Of a stretch of DNA of 32,944 bases, positions 20,075-28,800 are shown one piece after another. The stretch is from assembly GCA_038042325.1 (NCBI GenBank), contig JBBTEL010000032.1:2967-35910 (forward strand). The letters run 5' to 3'. The notes beneath the pieces were generated by a model. That model saw nothing but the letters and a program-made list of their open reading frames with translations. It was not told the DNA's origin and did not search any database. This stretch comes from Candidatus Methylomirabilota bacterium. GTDB taxonomy: Bacteria; Methylomirabilota; Methylomirabilia; Rokubacteriales; CSP1-6. Position numbers and translations under genes: made by a program. The stretch's first letter is position 1; each line of letters begins with the position of its first letter.

Positions 20075-20133
20075 ATTATAGCCGGGGGGCAATTGACGGG
20101 ACAGACTGTCATCGTGTTGCCGAATTGACGGGA
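20075..20133 (-). promoter_or_regulatory. Candidate -10 box plus two 11-bp direct repeats for the RHH/kinase operon
   Basis: The minus strand reads TATAAT at 20080-20075. A perfect direct repeat AATTGACGGGA occurs at 20091-20101 and 20123-20133 (32-bp spacing). The proximal copy overlaps the -35 position, where no good -35 hexamer exists. Confidence 0.35.
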
Positions 20134-20167
20134 GGAAATCCGAGGGGACCTAGGGTATTGTTAGAGA

Positions 20168-20254
20168 TGGTGCCGAAGCGGGGACTCGAACCCCGACACC
20201 CTTGCGGGCACTAGACCCTGAATCTAGCGCGTCTGCCAATTCCGCCACTTCGGC
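20168..20254 (-). tRNA. tRNA-Leu (anticodon CAG), CCA encoded
   Basis: Minus strand: GCCGAAG-TG-GCG-GAATTGGCAGA-CGC-G-CTAGA-TTCAGGG-TCTAG-TGCCCGCAAGGGTGT-CGGGG-TTCGAGT-CCCCG-CTTCGGC-A-CCA. This folds as a class II cloverleaf with a long variable arm. Confidence 0.93.
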
Positions 20255-20302
20255 TCGGATATCCTACTTATCATACGGACAGGGACCAGGCAAGGGGACA
20301 GG

Positions 20303-20761
20303 ATGGCAATCGAGCGGGTGGTGGTCACGAACCGGAAGGCCACCCACCTCTACGAGATCTTGGAGACGTTCGAGGCGGGTCTGGTCCTCCGGGGGACGGA
20401 GGTGAAGTCCCTCCGGGAGGGGCACGCCAACTTCAAGGACAGCTACGCCCTGGTGGAGGGCGGGGAGCTCTGGCTCGTGGGCTGCCACATCAGCCCGTAT
20501 CACCACGGGTCGGACGCCAACCACGACCCCGAGCGCCGGCGTAAGCTCTTGCTCCACCGGGGGGAGATCAACCGGCTCTTGGGCAAGGTCCAGGAACGCG
20601 GGTTGACTCTGGTTCCCCTGCGGCTATACTTTAAGAACGGTCGGGCGAAGCTCGAGCTGGGCCTGGGGCGCGGGCGGAAGCTGCACGACAAACGCCGGGC
20701 CATCCGCGAGCGGGAGATGCGGCGGGAGCTGGACAAGGCCGTCCGCTCCCGCGAGCGCTAG
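20303..20761 (+). CDS. smpB: SsrA-binding protein SmpB
   Basis: 152 aa, with NRKATHLYEILETFEAGLVLRGTEVKSLR and a basic C-terminal tail. Immediately upstream of ssrA. Confidence 0.95.
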   Translation: MAIERVVVTNRKATHLYEILETFEAGLVLRGTEVKSLREGHANFKDSYALVEGGELWLVGCHISPYHHGSDANHDPERRRKLLLHRGEINRLLGKVQERGLTLVPLRLYFKNGRAKLELGLGRGRKLHDKRRAIREREMRRELDKAVRSRER

Positions 20762-20769
20762 GTCTTAGA

Positions 20770-21124
20770 GGGGGTGACTGGCTTCGACGGGGATCAACGA
20801 GGCGCAGGCGGCATCTCGAGGTTCTCTCTCCTCGTAAAACCGAGAGAACGGTTATAGCTGCCGACACTCAGCTAAGTCTGGCCGCCTAAGAACGGCTAGC
20901 GTCCCGCCGGGTTGAGCCATCAGGGCCTGGACTTGGGGCGCCATACTCTGGTGGCTGGTCCTGAACCCGGCCTCGGGGTGAGGGGCGAGATCTTTTGAGG
21001 CTGGCGGCCCGGGGATCCTGTCGGTAGGAGCCTCGGGTGGCGAGACTGAAAATACCGACTATTGATGTAGAAGCCTGACGCTGAGGGTTTCCGGACGAGG
21101 GTTCGATACCCTCCACCTCCACCA
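20770..21124 (+). ncRNA. ssrA: tmRNA (ssrA), one-piece
   Basis: The 5' end GGGGGTGACTGGCTTCGACGGGG pairs with the 3' end CACCTCCACCA, including a G3-U wobble. T-arm GGGTTCGATACCC. Internal tag frame GCT GCC GAC ACT CAG CTA AGT CTG GCC GCC TAA (20857-20889) gives AADTQLSLAA*. Confidence 0.9.
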
Positions 21125-22213
21125 TTGCGACCAATTCGAACCACCCTCCGGGGCCTCGAGGAGATCGAGGACCCGGAGGGTGGTCTCGGATTGGTAGTAC
21201 GGCTTTCCTACTTGCGGGGTGACCGGCACCAACCGTATCGGCCCGAGGATCCGACGTAGAATCAGGGCGGACCGGGGTGTCTCGCGCTCAAGAACTTCCT
21301 GCAGCTTACCTAGCCGTTCCGCAATCCATTCGATCGGTGGAGCCTTAAACAGCTCCCCCGCTGAAGTGTCCAGAGCCTGGAGCTCCTGACGGAGCGATGT
21401 GGCCCGTTGCTCGGCAGCGCCAAGGGCTTCTCCAAGTGCACGCGTTGCCTTCCCGTCCCCAATGAAAGCGATGTAGTTGGCGATGCGGCGCTCCTCAGTG
21501 GCCAGGGTGGCGCGCTTGAGCTCTGTTTCCTCGGGCAGATGAGCGTGAAGTCGTTTCACCTCAGCCTCTACCCGCTCCAGCACATAGCGGAGCGACGGGA
21601 GGTCCCGGAGCTGCTCCTGGACGGCGGCGAGCACTTTCTTCTCCGTGAGGCGTCGTGAAACCAGCAGCCTATTGCCGCAGGCGCTCAGTGAAGCCTTCAG
21701 ACAGCCGTAGTAGCCACTGCCCTTGCCGCTCACCTGACCGACGGCGCCGCCACACTCCCCGCAACGGAGGGCTCCCGACAGCAGGTGAGGGGGATTCGTT
21801 TCGACATAGCTACGTTGCCGATCCCCGGGAGTTTTCTCAGTGCGTCGTATTGGCCACGTGCGGTCTATCGCCTGCCAGCGGGCGATGACCTGGTCCCATG
21901 TCTTTTGGGAGACGAGACGAAACTCTTCGTTTTCGACGACGTGCCATTCACTGGCAGGCTTGAGAACCCGTCGCCTCCGGCCAGTTCTCGGATCGCGGCG
22001 TGTCTCAGTCCGGTTCCAGATCCAGTGGCCGATGTATTTTTCGTTCTTGAGGATCCGGCTCACCGTCGAGGTTGACCACCCCTTCTGGTTTCGCCGGCGA
22101 CCAGGCACCCCTTCCGCGTTGAGAGACTTGACGATAGTCTTGATCGCCTTGCCCTCACCGAATTCCCGGAAGACGCGTTGGACGATTGCTGCCTCTGATG
22201 CCTCGACCACCAT
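21059..22213 (-). pseudogene. Large serine recombinase lacking its N-terminal catalytic (resolvase) domain
   Basis: Recombinase-domain blocks (EAAIVQRVFREFGEGKAIKTIVKSLNAEGVP...WSTSTVSRILKNEKYIGHWIWN), a zinc ribbon (LRCGECGG...GYYGCLKASLSACGN) and a coiled-coil tail are present. In-frame upstream sequence has resemblance only back to GRPRPDGY. That upstream stretch has no canonical start codon before the in-frame TAG at 22355-22357, and no Ser-nucleophile domain. The ORF tail (..RWRVSNPRPE..) is the reverse reading of the ssrA T-arm. Confidence 0.75.
21140..21184 (+). terminator. Long hairpin after ssrA
   Basis: ACCACCCTCCGGG (21140-21152) pairs with CCCGGAGGGTGGT (21172-21184), with a nested CCTCGA/TCGAGG stem. 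It starts 16 nt after the tmRNA CCA. There is no obvious U-tract. Confidence 0.5.
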
Positions 22214-22354
22214 GCGGTAACCGTCAGGGCGTGGTCTGCCCGTTGGCCGTCGAAGGGACTCACTAAGCCAGATGAGATATTTCGAGACCTGGCGCCAGCG
22301 TCTCTGAGGAATATAGGACGAGATGACGAATAAGATGTGGTTCCATCCCGGGAA

Positions 22355-22747
22355 CTATTGAGTTTTGCATAAATAATGGAAGTGTCTCACCGCCATGGCA
22401 GATCCGAGCCGTAGAGACACGACCAGAGGAGATCTTGGGAGCCTCGTATTCTGCGGATCACGCCACGAAGGACCCTTCCCGCCGGGCGCGAAGTTTGAGG
22501 CGTCATCAATGGCCACGACAACACATCGGCAGCCTGGATGAAACGGAGGGACATCGCGCGACCAATGTTTCACTTCTCGCCGATCGAGAGCATCGCAGAC
22601 CGGGCAGGGTGCGCCAGTATCCCGTCTCGTGGTTTTGACGCGGACGTTTTGTGGCAGAAAAGCAAAGACTTCAGAGAAACCTTCCCGAAGCTTGGGTCGC
22701 GTATGAAGCCATATCACCGGGGTCTCGACGCCGGATGCGTCAGCCAT
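22355..22747 (-). CDS. Phage MuF/SPP1 gp7-like head-morphogenesis domain fragment (C-terminal motif only)
   Basis: CPVCDALDRR...(13 aa)...PPFHPGCRC matches the conserved C-terminal Cys motif of MuF-family proteins. The ORF is only 130 aa, versus more than 300 aa for intact members. The region is lower in GC. Confidence 0.4.
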   Translation of the reverse strand: MADASGVETPVIWLHTRPKLREGFSEVFAFLPQNVRVKTTRRDTGAPCPVCDALDRREVKHWSRDVPPFHPGCRCVVVAIDDASNFAPGGKGPSWRDPQNTRLPRSPLVVSLRLGSAMAVRHFHYLCKTQ

Positions 22748-22801
22748 GAAGGCCGGGTGGCGGCGACGTCACTCTGACACGAGACGAAGACTGGCCTCGG
22801 C

Positions 22802-25800
22802 TCAGCCGAGGACGATTCGGACGCGATGTGTTTTCCGGTCATCGGCGAGCATGATGCTGAGCTCGCCGTCGAGGGAGACGCCATCAACCTCCACTGACGA
22901 CACTCCCCGGGACACACCCTGTGTGTTCTCCACGACGATGTCATAACGCGCGGAGCGATAGCGGAACACCATTTCGAAGCCGTGCCACGCACGCGGGATA
23001 CACGGGTCTACCACGAGCCGCGCGCCACGCAGCCGGAACCCGAGAATCGACTCCAGCCCGGCCCGATACATCCAACCCGCTGATCCCGTGTACCACGTCC
23101 AGCCCCCGCGGCCGACGTGCGGCGGCTCGGCGTAGACGTCCGCCGCGACGACGTAGGGCTCGACCTTGTAGCGTTGAACGCCCGCTTCCGTGCTGGCGTG
23201 GTTGATCGGATTCAACATCGCGAAGAGTTCGACGGCCTTATCCCCGTCGCCGAGCGCCGCGAAGGCGATCGCCGACCAGATCGCCGCATGCGTGTATTGC
23301 CCGCCGTTCTCCCGGACGCCGGGCAAATACCCCTTGATGTAGCCGGGCTCCAGGGGCGTGTGGTCGAACGGCGGCGTCAAAAGCAACACGAGGCCGTCTG
23401 CGCGACGCACGAGGTGTTCGTCGACAGCCGCCATGGCGCGCGCTCCGCGTGCCGGGTCGGCCGCCGCCGAGATCACGCTCCAGGACTGCGCGATCGAATC
23501 CACGCGGCATGCGTCGTTGACGGCGGAGCCGAGCGGCGTCCCGTCATCGAAGTAGGCGCGCCGATACCAGTCGCCGTCCCAGGCCTCGTGTTCGAGCGAC
23601 TCCTTCAGCGCGCTCACGTAGCTCCGCCACTTCTCAGCGCGCTCGCCCTCCCCGCGCGCGTCGGCCAGCTTCGCCCATTCGGACAGAACTGCGTGAAGGA
23701 ACCACCCGAGCCAGACGCTCTCGCCCTTCCCTTCGGCACCCACTTCGTTCATCCCATCGTTCCAATCCCCCGTGCCCATCAGAGGCAGGCCGTGAGTTCC
23801 GGCCGTCAGGCTGTGGTCGAGCGCGCGCGCGCAGTGCTCGAAGAGCGTGCCCCGCTCTTCGGAGGCGCGGGGCTCGAAGTACGACTCGGGCTGTCCGACC
23901 ACGAGCTTCGGGCCATCGAGGAAGGGAACGATCTCGTCGAGGACAGTGCCATCGCCGGTGACCTCGACATACTGGGCGACGACGTACGGGAGCCAGAGCG
24001 GGTCATCGGAGATCCGGGTTCGGACGCCGCGACCGGTGGGCGGGTGCCACCAGTGCTGGACGTCGCCCTCGACGAATTGCCGCGCCGCGGCCCGGAGCAC
24101 ATGCTGCCGCGCCAGCTCGGGCTCGGACACCGCGAGTGCCATCACGTCTTGAAGCTGATCGCGAAACCCGTACGCCCCACTGGCCTGATAGAACGCCGAC
24201 CGCGCCCAGACCCGACACGCAAGCGTCTGGTACAGCAGCCACCGGTTGAGCAGTATGTCCATGGCCCGGTCGGGCGTCGCGACCTGCAGCGTGCCGAGCA
24301 CATCGTCCCAGCGCTCGCCGACAGCCCGCAAGACCGCCGCCACGTCGCGGGTCCGGTAGCGAACGATCAGCTCCCTCGCCTGCTCGGGGCTCGCCGCCTC
24401 GCCGAGGAAGAACACGACCTCCGCCCGTCCTCCAGCGGGCAGCTCGATCGTCGCCTGTAGCGCGCTGCACGGATCGAGGCCGGCGCCGACCCGTCCCGAG
24501 AGCCGGTCTCTTCGCGCGAGCGCCGCTGGATAATCCGGCGTGCCGTGACGCCCGAGAAATTCCGTCCGGTCGGCGGTCCACGCCGTTTGAGTCCCGCCGA
24601 GGTCGGCAAACGCGACGCGAGCGCCGAATTCGCGGCTCCACGCGTTACGCGCGAACATCGCGCCCGTCTTCTCGTCGATCTCGGTGACGACGAACGGCGC
24701 GGCGGCGCTCCGCGACACGCCGAGGACCCATTCGACGTAGGCGGTCACGGACAGCCGCCGTGCCCGGCCCGACGAGTTCGTCAGAGTGAGACGCGAGATC
24801 TTGATGGAGTCGTCGAGCGGCACAAGCTGCAGAAGATCGAGCGAGACGCCGTGCGAGACGTGTTCGAAGCGAGTGTAACCCTGCCCATGCCGGATGACGT
24901 AGGGCGAGGTCCCAGAGCGAATCGGGAGCGCCGTCGGACCCCATAGATCTCCGGTCTCTTCGTCCCGGACGTAGATCGTCTCGCCCGGCGGGTCGCTGAC
25001 CGGATCGTTCGACCAGGAGGTGAGCTGGTTCTCGCGGCTGTTGACCGACCACGTGTACCCCGAACCCGACTCGGAGACCTGGAAGCCGAAACTCGGATTC
25101 GCGATCACGTTGAGCCACGGGGCCGGCGTCCACCGCCCCTCGCCGAGGATCGTCACGTACTCGCGTCCATCCGCCTCGAAGCCGCCGAGGCCGTTGAAGA
25201 GCTCGAGATCCGGCTGGGGGATCGCCACGTCCGGCGTCGGCTTCGTCGCCGCCGGCCGCCGTGGCTGAGCGACCGGAGCGGCGTCGGGTCGCTGCGCACG
25301 CGTCATCTGCTCGGCGAGCGTCCCGCGCTGGCTCGACAGCACCGCGCGCGCCACGGCCTGTAGCACGTCACGTTGCGGCGCCGTCATGCGGTCCGCTCGG
25401 ACGATATACACGTTGCCGTGCGGCCCGTGTCCATCATGGGGTTCCGCCGACTGGCTCGTGCGGAGGAGCGTCTCCAGCAACGACTGCAGATCCTGAACGT
25501 AGGACGGCGCGCGCTCGTTCAGGATCACCAGATCGACCGCGAGCTGCTTGATCCGCCAGTACTCGTGCGCGCGGAGGAGCTGCCGCACGATGGCCACGTC
25601 CTCGGGCTCGTGGATCTGAACCAGCACGATCGGGAGGTCGCCGGAAATCCCGTGAACCCACAGCGCGTCGGGACCGCCCGTGTGACGCGCGAGCACGTCC
25701 GCGGAGGGCCGGAGCGTCCGGTCCGAGTAGAGCACGCGGCTGGCGAGGCTCTGGAAGAGGTGCGCCTCGTCGGGGCCGATGCCGAGGTGGTGCAGTTGAA

Positions 25801-28800
25801 CCTGCGCGTGCGTCCACGCCAGCATCGCGGCGCGGTCGAACGTCGCCGCATTGCGATACTTCTCGGCGAGGCCGAGGGCCTCCGCGCGCGACGGCGCGAC
25901 GAGCGTCGAGAAGGTGACGCGCACGGTGACGCCCGGCGGAAGCCGGACGCGGCGTCGGAGGCTCACGATCGGATCGAGCACCGCGCCGACGGTGTTGGAG
26001 AGGGGCTGGCCGTCGATCACCGCAGCGGGGGTTCGGATCCCGCGCCCGCGGCCGACGAACCGGGCGCGGTCAGTCTCCCATTGCAGTTGGCCAACCGTCT
26101 CGCCTTCGACGACAGCCACGTGGGCCAGCCAGACCTGGGCCTCGGCGCGGGAGCGCGGCCGGCGTGTCGCCAGCAGAGTGTCGAGTTCGGGGACGCACTC
26201 CGTCTCCACGCTCAGATTGGAGAACGCCGGGTGGGCCGCGTCCGCCGCCGCCGGCGCCAGCACGACTTCGGCGTACGACGTGAGCTCGACTTCCCGGCTC
26301 TTCGTCCCGGAATTCGTGAGCGATACGCGACGCACCTCGGCATCGTCCTCGGGCGACACGATCACCTGGAGCGTGGTGCGGATGGCGCGGTCTCGCCGGA
26401 CGATCTCCGCCCGATCCTCGGAGAACGTGACCTCGTAACTGTCCGGCTCGCCTCCGCGCGGCTGGTACCCGGCCGACCAGCTCTCGCCACTGTCGACGTC
26501 GCGAAGGAACACGTACGATCCCCACGCGTCGCGCGTGACGTCTTCCCGCCAGCGCGTGATCGCGAGATCGCGCCAGCGGCTGTATCCCGAGCCCGCCGTC
26601 GTCAGCATCACCACATATCGTCCGTTCGAGAGCAGATGTGTGCGCGGCATCGAGCCGTGCGGCGAGGTGAAGTGCCTCACGACCGGCGGGATGAACTCGC
26701 GCACGTCGCCGACGGCCTGCACCTCTTCCGCGCGCGGCCGGGCGACCGCCACGTCACGCGGCGTCCGTTCCTGCAGCAGCAGCTCGGTGGCCTGGACGAT
26801 CGGCTCGGCATGGAAGCGCGCGCGCATCGCGCCGTCGTGGAGGGCGTTCGCGATCGCGACGACCACCATTCCCTGGTGGTGCGCCATGTAGGCACGCACC
26901 ACCGCGAGCTCGGCACGCTCCGGAAGCCGGGGCGCGGTGTAGTCGAGCGCCTCGTAGAAGCCGTAGGCGCCGCTGGCCCCGGCCGCCGCCAAGCGCCGGA
27001 AGTTTCGAACCGCGGCCGTTGGATCGATCATGGCCGCCAGTCCCGTCGCATAGGGCGCGATGACGACGTCCTCGCTGAGTCCGCGTCGCAGCCCGAGCCC
27101 CGGCACACCGAAGCTCGAATACTGGTAGGTCATCTCCAGGTCGCGCGCGTTGTAGCCGGACTCCGACACACCCCACGGCACGCCGCGCTCGGCGCCATAC
27201 GTGATCTGCCGGCCGACGACGAGCCGGGATGTCTGCTCGAGCAGGCTTCCCGCCGGCGCGCGCATGACGAGCGCCGGCATCAGGTATTCGAACATCGATC
27301 CCGACCAGGACACGAGCACGGAGTCCCGTTCTACCGGTGTGAGGGCACGGCCCAGGCGGAACCAGTGCGAGACGGGGACGTCGCCCTTGGCGATCGCGAC
27401 GAAGCTCGCGAGACGGGCTTCCGATGCGAGGAGGTCGTACCGACCGGGGTCGAGGCTGCCGTCCGTGACGCGGTACCCGATCGCAAACAGCTTCCGCATT
27501 GGATCGAAGAGAAAGCCGAAGTCCATGGCGCCGACCATCGCCTGCGCGCTCCGGGCGAGGATCGTGAGGCGACGAATGAGCGTGTCGGGCATGTCGAGGT
27601 CGCGCGCGTGGCTTTCGACCGTGGCGCAGAGCGCTTCCGCCCAGACGAGGACGTCCGTCTGCACGCTCTGAGGATCCTCCTCGACCAGCGCTCGCGCGAT
27701 GCCCACCACCGTGTGAGCGTGTGCTTTCAGCATCGCGAGTCGAGAACCCCACTCGGACGAATCGTGCGGGGGCTCCTGGACTGCCGCCGTGACGGCGTCG
27801 ATGGCTTCGTCCAGGCGCCCGCGGATGACCGTGCGCGGGGGGGCATCGCCGGCCGTCACGAGGGTCGAGAGGCGGACGAGCAGGGCGGTGTCTTCGATCC
27901 CGGCGAGCGCCGCGCGGTCGAGGAGCGGACGGTCGATCATCTCTTCACAGGCGTGCCCGAGCGCGATGAGATGACCGGCGAGATTTCCGCTGTCGACCGA
28001 CGACACGTACTTCGGGTCGAGAGGATGGCAGGCCTTCGTGTCGTACCAGTTGTAGAAGTGGCCGCGGAAGCGCTCGAGGACGTTCATCGTCCCAAGCGTG
28101 GCCTCGAGACGCTCGACGGCGTCGAGGGTGCCGAGCCAGCCGAAATCGCGTGCAGCCACCGTGGACAGCAAATACAGGCCGATGTTCGTGGGCGACGTGC
28201 GATGCGCCACCGCCGGGCTCGGCGTTTCCTCGAAGTTGTCGGGCGGCAACGCGTGGTCTTCGGGACCGACGAACGTCGCGAAGAACCGCCACGTCCGGCG
28301 CCCGACCAGCCGGAGGGCTCGCGCATCCTCCGACGAGAGCGGCTGGGCGCTCGCAGTGCGCCGCGGCACGCTGATCCATCGAGCCACCGCGGGCGACGCG
28401 GCCCACAGCATGAGAAAGGGCAGCGCGGCGGGCCAGGCCTCTGGCCGCCCCCACGCGACGGCCACCGCCGCGGCGGCGGCGAGCGCGACCCCGCCGCCCA
28501 TTCGACGGTAGAAGCCAGGGAGATCGAGACGGAGACCGGCTTTCGCCTGCGCCGCGGTCACCCATTCCAGCAGCCGGCGATGCGTGACATACACGCGGAC
28601 GAGCGTCCGCACGATTGCGTCACTCATCAGCCAGGCCTGGTGCGTCAGCATCGTGATCGTGAGTCCGATCTGCGAGACGCCCAGGACGATGTCTCTGCCT
28701 ACCGCGCGGATATGGCTGCGCTTCGAAATACCGCGCCCGCGAGGGATCAATCCCCTGAGAACCGGCAAGAGCGAGGGCACGGCGATGGTCGCAAGGATGA

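Noticed and set aside
22201-22217. Short matches to the ssrA 3' end (CCACCAT..GCG at 22205-22217, and GGGATTTCCGATATGAACCATT at about 31278-31300), considered as the distal att repeat of a tmRNA island.
   Set aside because: These are only 7-9 nt of interrupted identity, which is expected by chance in several kb. Neither is sufficient to define an island boundary.
22355-22357. The MuF-like ORF and the truncated recombinase share one reading frame, separated only by this TAG, suggesting a former fusion.
   Set aside because: The two domain families are unrelated and not known as fusions. A shared frame has a one-in-three chance expectation.
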